Source: Nitrosopumilus sp. (GTDB lineage Archaea; Thermoproteota; Nitrososphaeria; Nitrososphaerales; Nitrosopumilaceae). Taken from it: a stretch of 64,000 nucleotides of DNA. Position 1 is the first letter of the stretch. Each line of letters opens with the position of its first letter. The notes beneath the pieces were generated by a model. The model worked only from the letters and a program-made list of their open reading frames with translations, made no database searches and had not been told where the DNA came from. A program made the position numbers and the translations under genes. Location: the NCBI GenBank assembly GCA_965223425.1, contig OZ245003.1:1472001-1536000 (forward strand). Reading direction: 5' to 3'. Shown here in pieces: positions 10,680 through 21,197 of the stretch.

Positions 10680-11507
10680 ATGGAAATTTCTGTGGGACAT
10701 ACCCCCGATTCGGATGACGCATTCATGTTTTATGGAATGTTTACAAACAAAGTCATGTCTCCAGATTTTAAGATAAACCATGTAGTTGAGGATATTGAGA
10801 AATTAAACCGTAAAGCAACTGATCCAGAGCTTGACGTTACTGCAGTTTCAGTTCACGCATGTGCATACATTCCAGAATACACAATACTTAGAAGCGGCGG
10901 AAGTTTTGGAATTGGTTATGGGCCAATAGTTACTGCCAGAGAACAGATGAGTATTGATGACATAAAAAAATGCAAGATCGCCATTCCAGGTAAAATGACA
11001 TCTGCATTTTTGTTATTGCAGTTAATGATTGGGAAGTTTGACTATGTTGAAATGAATTTTAGTGATATTCCAAAAGCTGTAAAATCAGGTAAAGTTGATG
11101 CAGGACTGGTAATTCATGAAACCCAGCTGTCATACGAGCAAGAAGGAAATGTCAAGATTTTAGATGTTGGGGAATGGTGGGACAAGGCAACAAATGGATT
11201 ACCAGTTCCGCTAGGAATCAATGTCATGAAGACCGGTTTAGGCATGGAGGCTATCGTCAAATTTGACAAATATCTTCAGGAATCAATTGAATTTGGAATT
11301 GCCCATTTTGAGGATGCAATCAAATACGCAATGCAGTATTCCAGAGGAAAATCACAGGATTTGATCGAGAAATTTGTAAAAATGTATGTAAATGAGGTAA
11401 CAGTTAACATGAAAGATTCGGGGGAGCAGTCAATTCGAAAACTCTTTGAGATGGCAAAAGAAAAGAACCTGGTTCCTGACTTTGAGATATCCATTGCCAC
11501 CAAGTAA
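10680..11507 (+). CDS. mqnD: 1,4-dihydroxy-6-naphthoate synthase (MqnD family)
   Basis: GHTPDSDDAFMF, GYGP, IHE and PLG motifs. Confidence 0.85.
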   Translation: MEISVGHTPDSDDAFMFYGMFTNKVMSPDFKINHVVEDIEKLNRKATDPELDVTAVSVHACAYIPEYTILRSGGSFGIGYGPIVTAREQMSIDDIKKCKIAIPGKMTSAFLLLQLMIGKFDYVEMNFSDIPKAVKSGKVDAGLVIHETQLSYEQEGNVKILDVGEWWDKATNGLPVPLGINVMKTGLGMEAIVKFDKYLQESIEFGIAHFEDAIKYAMQYSRGKSQDLIEKFVKMYVNEVTVNMKDSGEQSIRKLFEMAKEKNLVPDFEISIATK

Positions 11508-11534
11508 TTATAGAACAAAAAAATTTTAGAGTTA

Positions 11535-11825
11535 ATGGGAGACGGAATTGGCGGTCCTGTCACGGGGACTCTAACTAACAATGCATTTCAGATGGTGGTC
11601 AGTCATGTAAGAAAAGACAACAAAGAGGAATATGGGAAAACAGAAAAAATCATCATTGCAAAAATTGACAATCCTGACGATCCCCAATACGCAGAAACTA
11701 CCCCAGAACAACTAGAGCAAGCACTTGAAGGAAAATTTGTTTCATGTAATGTTCAATATAGAGATACAAAGACAGATGCGCTTGTTTGTAATGTTTTTGT
11801 TCAAAAACCACCTGAAGGATTTTAA
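11535..11825 (+). CDS. hypothetical protein
   Basis: 96 aa ORF in a co-directional run. Confidence 0.6.
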   Translation: MGDGIGGPVTGTLTNNAFQMVVSHVRKDNKEEYGKTEKIIIAKIDNPDDPQYAETTPEQLEQALEGKFVSCNVQYRDTKTDALVCNVFVQKPPEGF

Positions 11826-11870
11826 AGATAAGACATGCCTAATATAGGATAAATTTCAAATGAGGTTAGA

Positions 11871-12149
11871 ATGCTTGTAGATAAAAGAATTCTAGCAGGA
11901 GGCCTTGCAATGATCATTGCAGGGATGATAGTTGCAGCTGCCACAGGAGAAGCACCCACAGGTCAATCCGGAATGACTGAAGAGGAAATTATTGATTTGA
12001 TGGTAGCTGAAGATGAAAATCAAGCTTACCAAATGTTGTCTGGAATACTGGTCGGAATAGGATTCTTGCTAGTATTGATTAGCTTTGGTGCCAGAAGAAG
12101 AAGAAGAAAAGGCAGTGTAAAAAAAGAAGAAGAAAAACCTGCCGAATGA
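11871..12149 (+). CDS. small membrane protein
   Basis: Two hydrophobic helices and a basic tail. Confidence 0.7.
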   Translation: MLVDKRILAGGLAMIIAGMIVAAATGEAPTGQSGMTEEEIIDLMVAEDENQAYQMLSGILVGIGFLLVLISFGARRRRRKGSVKKEEEKPAE

Positions 12150-12185
12150 TTAAACCTTTTAATCTCAATTTATACAACTTGCACC

Positions 12186-12500
12186 ATGATTCAGGCTGAA
12201 ATTAGCATATATCCAATGGCAACAAAGACTACTAGTGCCAGTTTTTACATTGCAAAGGCAATAGAAGCAATCCAAAACATGGAAAATCTAAGATATGAAA
12301 TCAGTTCAATGGGGACTGTTTTGGAATCAGACAGCATTGACGCAATTTACGATGCATCAAAAAAGATGGTGGAAACAGTCCACAATCTAGGGATCGACAG
12401 GGTTGAAGTTGTGATCAAAGTAGACTCGAGAAAAGACAAACAAGTCAGAATGGAAGAAAAGATCAGTTCCATAAAAAAGCAATTCCAAAAAAATAGCTAA
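12186..12500 (+). CDS. MTH1187/YkoF thiamine-binding family protein
   Basis: AEISIYP, SSMGTVLE and DSRKDK motifs. Confidence 0.85.
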   Translation: MIQAEISIYPMATKTTSASFYIAKAIEAIQNMENLRYEISSMGTVLESDSIDAIYDASKKMVETVHNLGIDRVEVVIKVDSRKDKQVRMEEKISSIKKQFQKNS

Positions 12501-12889
12501 AGCCCCATATTGGTATTGACCCAGTCAATTATGGCCATGATGTTTTTTACATTACCAAACTCTTCGCCTTCAAGACTTACAAACAGGAGATGATTGTTTG
12601 GGAGCGGTACCGTAATTCGCTTGATTTTATCATATGCAACAATTGCATATTTCCCATTTCCGATTTTAGATGCAAGTTTATCCCGTCTGTCCCAAGACTC
12701 GATGGAGCGTTTTAGAGATTCCTTTGTTTCATCGACGCTAAGATAGCTGCTTGTATTGTCACGAACACTATTCCAGAGAATAACTCCGTCATGATCACAA
12801 ATTATTGCAACCCTGGAACTAGGAATTTCACCTAGAATCATGTTGAGAAGTTTTTCTTCATTTTCATGAATATTTTGCGTGGCAGACAT
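12497..12889 (-). CDS. Roadblock-like hypothetical protein
   Basis: IGNGKYAIVAYDKIKRITVP pattern typical of this thaumarchaeal family. Confidence 0.65.
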   Translation of the reverse strand: MSATQNIHENEEKLLNMILGEIPSSRVAIICDHDGVILWNSVRDNTSSYLSVDETKESLKRSIESWDRRDKLASKIGNGKYAIVAYDKIKRITVPLPNNHLLFVSLEGEEFGNVKNIMAIIDWVNTNMGL

Positions 12890-12994
12890 TATTGTAAAAT
12901 GGGGTCAAAGTAAGATAATGTTGATGTTTGACTAACTATAGAACTGTTTAAAAATTTTAGATATTTTTAACAAATTTTAGGAGACATGCGAAGG

Positions 12995-14113
12995 TTAAAA
13001 CTTCCTTAAGATTCCAAAATGAGTGTTTCTCTGAGCAGGCGTTCGTCCAATCTCGTTTACCATTGTTGCAAGTTCGTCAACAGACGAGGTAGTGGGTTTT
13101 CCTGCAGCACGGTAAATCTCTTCAGAAAATGCCGTTCCTACCAAATCGCTTCCACCGTTAGATAATGCAACTTGTGCTAATTTCTTGCCGTATGCAACCC
13201 AGTAAACTGAAATGTTGTTCAAAGTGTTTGCAAGCACAAGCCTTGATAATGCAACTATCCGCAAATCATACACAGATGAGCATTCGTTGCTTACTAGATG
13301 TTCCTGCTCCAACTCTGTATTATCCAAACTGAATTTCAAAGGAATTAGCGTTATGAATCCATTGGTTTTCTTTTGCAGCTCTCGAATTTTGATAAGATGA
13401 TCAACAATGTGTTCTGGTTTTTCAATATGTCCATAAAGCATGGTAACGTTGCTTTTGATTCCCATGTTGTGGGCCTCTTCAATTACATCAAGCCATTCTT
13501 GACCTGAACATTTTCCTCTGACTATCTTATCTCTAATTTCAGGATGGAATAGTTCTGCACCTCCGCCAGGCATTGAGTCAAGACCGGCATCTTTTAAACG
13601 AGATAAAATTTCCCTAGTGGGATTTTTTGTTAACTTGGACAAGTAAAAAATCTCTGCTGCAGTCAGTGCCTTGATGTTAAGTTCCGGATGACTCTTCTTG
13701 ATAGTTTTCATCATATCCTCATAGTATTCTAACGGGAGTTTTGGATGAAACCCCCCAACAATGTGAACCTCAGTGGCACCCATCTGTTTTGCAATTCCAA
13801 TTCTTTGTTCAATTTCCTGCGGAGTCAAAGTATATGCATCATCGGCCCCGTCCTTACGATAAAAGGCACACATTTGACAGCTGGCAGCACAAACATTTGT
13901 GTAGTTCATGTAGTAAGATGCTGCAAAGGTGACAGTGTCGCCGACTAGTTTTTTTCTTGTAACATCGGCAACTGCTCCAAGTAAATGTAAATTGTCATAA
14001 TTCATCAATTCAAGACCATCCTTGTAAGAAAGTTCTTCTCCGGCAATGGCTCTATCTAATGCTTGAGAATCTCCCACTAATTGTTCTAGCATATTTGTCG
14101 GTTTGTTTATCAT
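12995..14113 (-). CDS. mqnE: CofH/MqnE-family radical SAM enzyme (likely aminodeoxyfutalosine synthase)
   Basis: NYTNVCAASCQMCAF (CxxxCxxC), MPGGGAE, MLYGHIE; near mqnD. Confidence 0.75.
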   Translation of the reverse strand: MINKPTNMLEQLVGDSQALDRAIAGEELSYKDGLELMNYDNLHLLGAVADVTRKKLVGDTVTFAASYYMNYTNVCAASCQMCAFYRKDGADDAYTLTPQEIEQRIGIAKQMGATEVHIVGGFHPKLPLEYYEDMMKTIKKSHPELNIKALTAAEIFYLSKLTKNPTREILSRLKDAGLDSMPGGGAELFHPEIRDKIVRGKCSGQEWLDVIEEAHNMGIKSNVTMLYGHIEKPEHIVDHLIKIRELQKKTNGFITLIPLKFSLDNTELEQEHLVSNECSSVYDLRIVALSRLVLANTLNNISVYWVAYGKKLAQVALSNGGSDLVGTAFSEEIYRAAGKPTTSSVDELATMVNEIGRTPAQRNTHFGILRKF

Positions 14114-14166
14114 GATATATTCCTTATAGTCTCAAGAAATAAGTAGCTAGTCATGATAGCAACATC

Positions 14167-14340
14167 ATGGTACTTCCCTTAGTCGATGAACATAAGCCGA
14201 AATGTTACTTGTGCCATCAAGGATTCCAAAATATCGAAGAATTAAGAAATCATCAAAATGCCAAACATGGGGATTTCTTTGAATCACATGAAAAAGAAAC
14301 GGGCCGAGGGCCAGCACCCGGCGATGTTACTGTGTTTTAG
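14167..14340 (+). CDS. small C2H2 zinc-finger protein (57 aa, absent from ORF track)
   Basis: Read by hand: MVLPLVDEHKPKCYLCHQGFQNIEELRNHQNAKH... Confidence 0.7.
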   Translation: MVLPLVDEHKPKCYLCHQGFQNIEELRNHQNAKHGDFFESHEKETGRGPAPGDVTVF

Positions 14341-14824
14341 ATTTCTTTTTTTGAATGGATTTTAATAGATCTTGTGCGATATCTTTTGAAATGCTTGCCA
14401 AATCATAGTGTTGATCAATAGACAATGCTTTTTTGAAATATTTGATTGCGTTTTGTAGTTGCCCCATTTCACCTAGTGAAAGTCCTTTGTATGCAAAAGC
14501 CATGGTACATCTGTTATCAATTTTCAAAACAGCATCATAGCAATCTATTGCCTTTTGATATTGTTGATCTGAATGTAGTGTTACGCCTTTGTTTAATAGC
14601 GCATCAATATTGTTAGGGGAGAGCAAAAGAGCTTTGTCATACGAACGGATGGCAAGTTTTAACCTGCCCATATTTTGTAAAGTAACTCCTTTGTCAATGA
14701 GCGCACCAGTGTTATCAGGTTCTTTTTTGAGCACTAAATCATACAAACGTAATGCCTCAGAATAGTTCCAGACTTCTGCTTGCTCAAATGCTTCTGCCAG
14801 CATCAGATCTATCTCATCATTCAC
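14327..14824 (-). CDS. TPR-repeat protein
   Basis: Repeated A..KG..L...G...A...YDKAL units. Confidence 0.9.
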   Translation of the reverse strand: MNDEIDLMLAEAFEQAEVWNYSEALRLYDLVLKKEPDNTGALIDKGVTLQNMGRLKLAIRSYDKALLLSPNNIDALLNKGVTLHSDQQYQKAIDCYDAVLKIDNRCTMAFAYKGLSLGEMGQLQNAIKYFKKALSIDQHYDLASISKDIAQDLLKSIQKKKSKTQ

Positions 14825-14877
14825 ATATCTGATAACATTTTGTTAATAATTAAGATTCGCTAATTGTCAGCACAAAA

Positions 14878-15105
14878 TCAAGATGCATTCTTGTCTCTGG
14901 GATCAATTTCTAATGATTTGTTAAAACACCCCATTGCCTCCTCGTATCGTCCCAAGCTTCTAAGAACTATACCCTTGCTATTCCAAAGATCAGGATCATT
15001 CTGATTCAGGAGAAGAGCCTGTTCAAAAAAACCAAGTGCGTCATCAAATTTTCCATCTTCTAAAGATTGTTTTCCTTTTGCAACAAGATTTTCTGTTTCA
15101 TCCAT
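14878..15105 (-). CDS. TPR-repeat protein
   Basis: WNSKGIVLRSLGRYEEA. Confidence 0.85.
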   Translation of the reverse strand: MDETENLVAKGKQSLEDGKFDDALGFFEQALLLNQNDPDLWNSKGIVLRSLGRYEEAMGCFNKSLEIDPRDKNAS

Positions 15106-15228
15106 AAATTACAATGTATGGGATTTGTATTAAATTTGAATATCCCATATCAAAAAATAGGCAGTAAGATTAAACAGATTTACAATTAACTAATGAAAAT
15201 TTAAATAAATTTTTCACCATAACAACAT

Positions 15229-15672
15229 ATGAAGATGGATGAAACAGACTACAGAATTCTCAAAAACTTGATGGTCGATGCAAGACTTTCAGCAAGGCAA
15301 CTTGCATTAAAACTTGGAATGTCAACTGTAACAATACTATCTAGGATTAAAAAGTTAGAAAAAGAGAAGATAATTCAGGGATATACGGCAATCATTGATC
15401 ATGAAAAACTAGGGTACACACTTACGGCAATTATTGAAATCATAGCAAAGAACGACAAAATTCTAGAGATTGAAAACGAACTGTCGAAATTTGAAAACGT
15501 GTGTGGAGTCTACGACATAACAGGTTCAACAGACACGCTGATAATAGCAAAATTCAAAGAACGTAGTGATTTGAGCAAGTTTGTAAAGGAACTGGCCATG
15601 ATACCAAATGTAGAAAATACAATCACCCATGTGGTTCTAAATACCACAAAGGAAGATTTTAGATTAACATAG
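15229..15672 (+). CDS. Lrp/AsnC transcriptional regulator
   Basis: MDETDYRIL...DARLS HTH; ITGSTD. Confidence 0.92.
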   Translation: MKMDETDYRILKNLMVDARLSARQLALKLGMSTVTILSRIKKLEKEKIIQGYTAIIDHEKLGYTLTAIIEIIAKNDKILEIENELSKFENVCGVYDITGSTDTLIIAKFKERSDLSKFVKELAMIPNVENTITHVVLNTTKEDFRLT

Positions 15673-15682
15673 GTAAAATAAA

Positions 15683-16237
15683 TTGAAACAGCTCAATATC
15701 TTTTTAATTTCCGTAGTTATTTTGGGAGGGATGCAAACAACCTATGCACAAACAGATGAATTGAATATGGAGCTTGAAGTTTCAGATGAAGAAAAGACAA
15801 TACTGTTTGCAGGTTTTGCTATTGCAGTTATTGCAATTTTCTTGTTTCTAGCAAAAGACATCATTCTCAGGAAAAAAACATCCTATGATAAAAATGATCT
15901 TGAATCAAAAAAAGACAAGACATATGAAAAATATCACTCAGGTTGGGGAGATGATTATGAAGAATTAGGAAAGAGAAAAAACACAACAGAAGATAAAGAA
16001 TTCCGCGATGCTGCAAGTAACGATGAACTGCCAAATTATTATGAGATCCTCAAAGTTTCAAAAAATGCAACACAGGAAGAAATCAAAAATACGTTTAGGG
16101 AACTTGCAAAAAAAACACATCCAGACAAAACAAAGGAAGATTCTGAAAAGAAGATGGCAGAATTAAACAAGGCTTATGAAATACTTTCAGACAAACAACG
16201 CAGAGAAAAATACGACAAATATCTAAAAGCTAACTAA
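15683..16237 (+). CDS. membrane protein with C-terminal DnaJ domain
   Basis: NYYEIL, HPD and AYEILSD motifs. Confidence 0.85.
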   Translation: MKQLNIFLISVVILGGMQTTYAQTDELNMELEVSDEEKTILFAGFAIAVIAIFLFLAKDIILRKKTSYDKNDLESKKDKTYEKYHSGWGDDYEELGKRKNTTEDKEFRDAASNDELPNYYEILKVSKNATQEEIKNTFRELAKKTHPDKTKEDSEKKMAELNKAYEILSDKQRREKYDKYLKAN

Positions 16238-16638
16238 AAAGAATTTAATTTAATAATAATCATGCCAAGTTCGATCGAAGTTGGAGTTTGAACACTGTCT
16301 GTAAGATTAGTAAAAATTTCAACATTTAATAGATTTCCATCATGTCTTATTTGGGTAGATATTTTTAGCTCGGCAAATTCGGTATTTGGCCCAAGCATTT
16401 TTTTTGTCAAAAGCGGCACCACGGAAAGATCATTGATTGCACATTTCATCTTGTAGGCAAACTTATCTGAAAAATAAGCGCCACCACGAGTAGTGGGCTC
16501 ATTAACAGGAATTGTCGAATTTATGATAGATACATCAGTAATCGGATAAGTTTCGTCATTTAGGTAAAGCGTGTATTTTGGGGAATTTTTTTGGTTATTT
16601 TCCATCAAAATTTCAAGCAAATCCAAATTTACGGACAT
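16234..16638 (-). CDS. hypothetical protein
   Basis: 134 aa ORF. Confidence 0.65.
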   Translation of the reverse strand: MSVNLDLLEILMENNQKNSPKYTLYLNDETYPITDVSIINSTIPVNEPTTRGGAYFSDKFAYKMKCAINDLSVVPLLTKKMLGPNTEFAELKISTQIRHDGNLLNVEIFTNLTDSVQTPTSIELGMIIIKLNSF

Positions 16639-16742
16639 TCAAAATTAGCCCAATCGTAATTCTATTGAATCTTTCTAAGCAAAATTAACCAAAACTAAAC
16701 ATTTGTTCTAGCCTACAAAAGGCATCTTTAAAAATAAGAATT

Positions 16743-18074
16743 TTGATCCGAGTGATAGTGCAGCAATTTGCCAATACCCATTCAATGAGAAATGAAATTC
16801 TTAATCTTATGATTCAAAACAGATTGGACGATGACTGTTATGTTGAAATGCTGGATTATGTAATTGATTTATTTGAAAGCCAGGGGCTAGGGGTCGAATG
16901 TTATGGATATCACAACATCAGTCATGAATTAGAAGTAACATATGTAACACTTTTAGCTACAAACCAAACCATAATACAGCTAACAGATGAAGATAGAAAA
17001 TATTTGTATGTTGCAGCGTTACTGCATGACTTTGATCCTGAAAAAAGTGTAGACAAGCCTCATGAAGAAAGTGTGATTAAATTTATTACAACAGATAAGA
17101 AACTGCGTCAATTAGTTGATTCTACAAACTTGGACTTGGAAATCATAAAAGTGTTAATTTTACGAACAACGTACCCTTGGAGCGGAGATCTTAGAAAAAA
17201 TGCAGAGATGCAAATAAAACAATGTTTTCAAAATTCAGATTTGGCAAGAACCAACCAATCATATCAGCAGCACGTAATGAAAATGGGCGAATATCTATCA
17301 GTTACAGATAGAATTAGCGGGTATGCATTAGGGGACTTTACAAAAGCAATGGAAATGGCAAAAATGAACGCACATGCACTTGCATGGAAGCCATCGCTAA
17401 TTGTCAGAAATGCTGTTGCATACTTTGAAGAATTATTAAACAAGGAAACAGAGATGGTAAAAGGAATTTTGAAAATACTTCCAAAAGAAATGAGAAAGAA
17501 TTTTTTTAATACTGTTTTGTCGTTTATGAAAATCAGACAGCAGGAGATCACAATTCAAGCTGATTATGCGTATGAAAATCTCAAGCTGATTCCCACAATA
17601 GAGGGCATGAAAACAAGAGAAGATCCAAACTTCATCAAAGCGTTATATGACATTTTCTTAGAACTGCCAAGACCACTTCAATTTGAAAAAGAAAATTTTG
17701 AAGAGTCCATCAGGGATCCGCAAAGAATCATCAACACACTTAGGCTAAATGACAAAAACGGGGAGATTGTAGGATTTGTCAAGGGAGGGCCGCTTGAGAA
17801 ATACAAACTGCGTGAAGAGATCAGAGACGAGAATTACGGTCTAGGAAACACAATATTTCTAGAGCCATTGGCATTGAAGATGGGGTATTGGGGACTAAAG
17901 GGGGGAAGCGAAATGCGCCATATGTTTATCATGCAATCCCACTCTATGAGGTACAAATACCTGACAAGTTTCGCACTACGGGACGTTATTCAGGCCAGAA
18001 TAGACAAGGAACAGGCAGAGTTTGTAACACAATTTAATCCTGAGAGATGGGACTACTATAGAATCAAAATTTAG
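16743..18074 (+). CDS. HD-domain protein
   Basis: YHNISH and AALLHD motifs; start uncertain. Confidence 0.8.
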   Translation: MIRVIVQQFANTHSMRNEILNLMIQNRLDDDCYVEMLDYVIDLFESQGLGVECYGYHNISHELEVTYVTLLATNQTIIQLTDEDRKYLYVAALLHDFDPEKSVDKPHEESVIKFITTDKKLRQLVDSTNLDLEIIKVLILRTTYPWSGDLRKNAEMQIKQCFQNSDLARTNQSYQQHVMKMGEYLSVTDRISGYALGDFTKAMEMAKMNAHALAWKPSLIVRNAVAYFEELLNKETEMVKGILKILPKEMRKNFFNTVLSFMKIRQQEITIQADYAYENLKLIPTIEGMKTREDPNFIKALYDIFLELPRPLQFEKENFEESIRDPQRIINTLRLNDKNGEIVGFVKGGPLEKYKLREEIRDENYGLGNTIFLEPLALKMGYWGLKGGSEMRHMFIMQSHSMRYKYLTSFALRDVIQARIDKEQAEFVTQFNPERWDYYRIKI

Positions 18075-18083
18075 ATTCATCAT

Positions 18084-19535
18084 ATGAAAAAATTATTTTT
18101 GGAGGCATTGGATTCAACAATCCAAGGGCAGGTATGTGCCCAAAAAGAATTCAAGGAATTTTTTTCAGTAGATGCAAGCCCATATCAGATTATTCCACAG
18201 GCAGTAGTGATTCCAAAAAATGAAAAAGACGTAATCAATGTAATAAAAATTGCAAGAAAATTCAAGACATCAGTAACCGTACGAGGTGCAGGAACAGGCC
18301 TGGTGGGAAGCGCGTTAAATCATGGAATCATAGTTGATATGAAAAATTTTGATTCGTTGGTAGTTGATAAGAATCACGTTACAGTCGGCCCGGGCACAAT
18401 AAAAGGAATTTTAGACAAGAATCTAAAGAGCCATAAAAAATTTTTCCCTCCAAACCCCTCAATTGGCTCTTTTTGTTTGGTAGGAGGCATGTTAGGGAGT
18501 AATTCTAGCGGAAGCAGGAGCTTAAAATACGGAAGCGTGATTGATAACGTAATTTCTGTTACATTTGTTAATGGAAATGGGGAAAAAATTACGCTGCCAG
18601 ACAATAAAAAAATAGGAAAAAAGATTTTAAAACTTGCAGGGAAAATAAACGAAAAAAAGTTTCCAAAGGTAACAAAAAATTCTTCAGGATACAGGATTGA
18701 TAAAATAAGATCAATCAACGATTCTCACAAAATAATCATAGGATCAGAGGGAACACTAGGAATTATTTTATCAGCAAAGATAAAGATCAGTGATGAGCCA
18801 AAAAAAAGAATTCTTTTTGTAATCGAGTATAACTCGGTAAAAGATGCAGCAGAAAACTGCATTACAATAAACAAGACTGACCCTTCGGCAATTGAATTTG
18901 TTGATAAAACCATACTTGATCAAATAAAATTTAATTTTAACAAAAAAACAAAGTGTATATTATTTGTAGAATATGATGAGAGGATCATTCCCAATGAAAA
19001 GAAAATAAAGTTAATTGTTACAGGAAAAATTATTAAAAAATTAACAAAAAACTTGGAGATTGCCAAATGGTGGAAATATAGGGATTCATCGCTGCATTAC
19101 AGTTTAAAATCAATCAAAAATAAAAAGATAATTCCACACATAATTGAGGATGCGGCAGTTCCTTTAGAGAGGCTTTCGGAATTATTTTTAGTGCTAAGCA
19201 GGATTAATGAAAAATACAAAACAAAATCAGTTGCTTATGGACATGCTGGAAATGGGAATATTCATGTTTGCCTGATTTTAGACAAATCGGAGGGCAAAAT
19301 TATCAAAAACATTGCCAAGCAGTATTTTAAAGAAATAATCAAAATTGGGGGAACTATTACGGCTGAGCATGGGGACGGTCTAGCACGCTCAGAATTTGTC
19401 AAAAATCAGTATGGGGCAAAAAACTATCACATATTCAAAGAAATCAAAAAAATGTTTGATCCGCAAAACATACTAAATCCAGACAAGATAATCACAGAAA
19501 AAAGTACAATCATAAAAAATCTTGTAAATTTCTAA
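18084..19535 (+). CDS. FAD-linked oxidase (GlcD/D-lactate dehydrogenase family)
   Basis: RGAGTG, GSEGTLG, GHAGNGNIH, AEHGDG and FDPQNILNP motifs. Confidence 0.9.
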   Translation: MKKLFLEALDSTIQGQVCAQKEFKEFFSVDASPYQIIPQAVVIPKNEKDVINVIKIARKFKTSVTVRGAGTGLVGSALNHGIIVDMKNFDSLVVDKNHVTVGPGTIKGILDKNLKSHKKFFPPNPSIGSFCLVGGMLGSNSSGSRSLKYGSVIDNVISVTFVNGNGEKITLPDNKKIGKKILKLAGKINEKKFPKVTKNSSGYRIDKIRSINDSHKIIIGSEGTLGIILSAKIKISDEPKKRILFVIEYNSVKDAAENCITINKTDPSAIEFVDKTILDQIKFNFNKKTKCILFVEYDERIIPNEKKIKLIVTGKIIKKLTKNLEIAKWWKYRDSSLHYSLKSIKNKKIIPHIIEDAAVPLERLSELFLVLSRINEKYKTKSVAYGHAGNGNIHVCLILDKSEGKIIKNIAKQYFKEIIKIGGTITAEHGDGLARSEFVKNQYGAKNYHIFKEIKKMFDPQNILNPDKIITEKSTIIKNLVNF

Positions 19536-19605
19536 ATTAACTGAACATTGAATCAAAAAAACCATCAAAGAAACTCTTTATTAACAAAAAATTGTCCAAA
19601 ATGTC

Positions 19606-20034
19606 GTGGTCAGTCTGAGTATTTGGATCGTGGCAGTGTTACTAATATTTTCCATTAATTTTACTTCAGCATTTGCATTAACAGACTTGCAAAGATCAAC
19701 AATTAATGAACCAAGATTAGAAAAGGCATTTGGATCACCAATAGGGAGTCATGTTAACATAGATCAACAAATTCAGATTTCAGTAGACATTACAAACAAT
19801 CAAGAAAAATCCCAATCATTTGTATATCTTGTTCAAGTTAAAGATGAAGCAGGATTTGTTGTTTCATTAGGATGGATTAGTGGGCAACTGTCACCAAATC
19901 AAAAACTTAGCCCATCTTTATCATGGACCTCAGATGGGGCAGGAGAGTTTACTGCAGAAATTTTTGCATGGAGCGGTCTGAAAAACCATAGCGCATTATC
20001 TGAATCGACTGCATTACAGATAACTGTCAGTTAA
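19606..20034 (+). CDS. exported hypothetical protein
   Basis: Signal-peptide-like N-terminus; beta-rich domain. Confidence 0.7.
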   Translation: MVSLSIWIVAVLLIFSINFTSAFALTDLQRSTINEPRLEKAFGSPIGSHVNIDQQIQISVDITNNQEKSQSFVYLVQVKDEAGFVVSLGWISGQLSPNQKLSPSLSWTSDGAGEFTAEIFAWSGLKNHSALSESTALQITVS

Positions 20035-20231
20035 AATTTTGACAAAATAATTTGCGTGTACTTTATCACAATTATTCAAGAAATACGAATAATTTGTTCC
20101 TAAATCAATAAAAAAAATGGCCGTTACGAAAAAAATCGCGGTACAACATGATTGTTAAGATCGGAGGTTTGCTTCTTGGTGAAAAAAGTTCAACAACTTC
20201 TTGCTAATATAACCTAGAGCCTAGTGCCATT

Positions 20232-20375
20232 ATGACAATAGGATATTGTGTCAAGTGCCGTGATAAACGAGACATCGAAGGCGCTAAGCCATACACCATG
20301 AAAAATGGTAAGCCTGCAATCAAAGGCGTTTGCCCAACATGCAGTACTGCCATCTTCAGAATTGGCAGGGGATAA
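20232..20375 (+). CDS. DUF5679-like small zinc-ribbon protein (47 aa, absent from ORF track)
   Basis: MTIGYCVKCRDKR...KNGKPAIKGVCPTCSTAIFRIG. Confidence 0.8.
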   Translation: MTIGYCVKCRDKRDIEGAKPYTMKNGKPAIKGVCPTCSTAIFRIGRG

Positions 20376-20393
20376 AATTCTCAGCAGAGGGTT

Positions 20394-20645
20394 TTAGAAA
20401 TGCCATTCATCAGTAAGGCCATTCCATAGCGAACGCATTGGGGATGGATCTTTTTCTATTTCCTCATAAATTCTATTTTTTAATACAAAAAAGAAATTCT
20501 CCAAAGCATCAACGCCGCCATCAGCATACAACTCTTTACCAATCTCAGTGATTCGCTTATGTTTTTCAGGGATTTCTGAAGAATCAGGATTTTGCAGGCA
20601 AAAGGTCATCAAATCAATTAATTCTTCCTCCAACATAAAGTCCAT
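20394..20645 (-). CDS. hypothetical protein
   Basis: 83 aa ORF. Confidence 0.65.
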   Translation of the reverse strand: MDFMLEEELIDLMTFCLQNPDSSEIPEKHKRITEIGKELYADGGVDALENFFFVLKNRIYEEIEKDPSPMRSLWNGLTDEWHF

Positions 20646-20701
20646 AATATTTCAAATTTTTCGTCAAATTTAGGTATTGAGATTTAGAATAAAAAAAGAG
20701 A

Positions 20702-21079
20702 TTACTTGAGACGCCTATAGATCTCTTTGAACTCAACTGATAGATTATACGACATGTTAAGCAGATGTGCAAGTTGGTTCATAGATGTTTTTTCATGTCC
20801 TAATTGTCGCAGTATGGTCAAGGCCTTTTGTGGAGAACTAACTAACAACGAACTATGTCCAGACCATGTCTTAAAGGCTTCTTCAACATCCAAGGAGAAA
20901 TTCAGGACAAACTCTTTCCAATTGGGCATTGACTGTAGTGCTTTTTCATTAAGAAGCACTTGGGATAATTCACGAAACTCGTTTTTTCTATCCAAATACA
21001 ACATGCCAAGGGCTTGTTTGATCTTTTCCTCTTGGTACTCTGAGGTATTTAGCATATACATTCCGGCAATAATGCTCAT
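20702..21079 (-). CDS. hypothetical protein
   Basis: 125 aa ORF. Confidence 0.65.
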   Translation of the reverse strand: MSIIAGMYMLNTSEYQEEKIKQALGMLYLDRKNEFRELSQVLLNEKALQSMPNWKEFVLNFSLDVEEAFKTWSGHSSLLVSSPQKALTILRQLGHEKTSMNQLAHLLNMSYNLSVEFKEIYRRLK

Positions 21080-21197
21080 GTAATATGATACTCACAATCA
21101 GTGATAAATACAATAGTTTGTTCTCTGAAAGTCTGTTACGATTTTTTAATAAAAATTAACAAATGTAAAGTCAAAAAAATAAAAAAGAGGCCAAAGC

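Noticed and set aside
10680-14113. Futalosine pathway genes mqnD/mqnE in an archaeon
   Set aside because: Expected in Thaumarchaeota, which make menaquinone; not novel.
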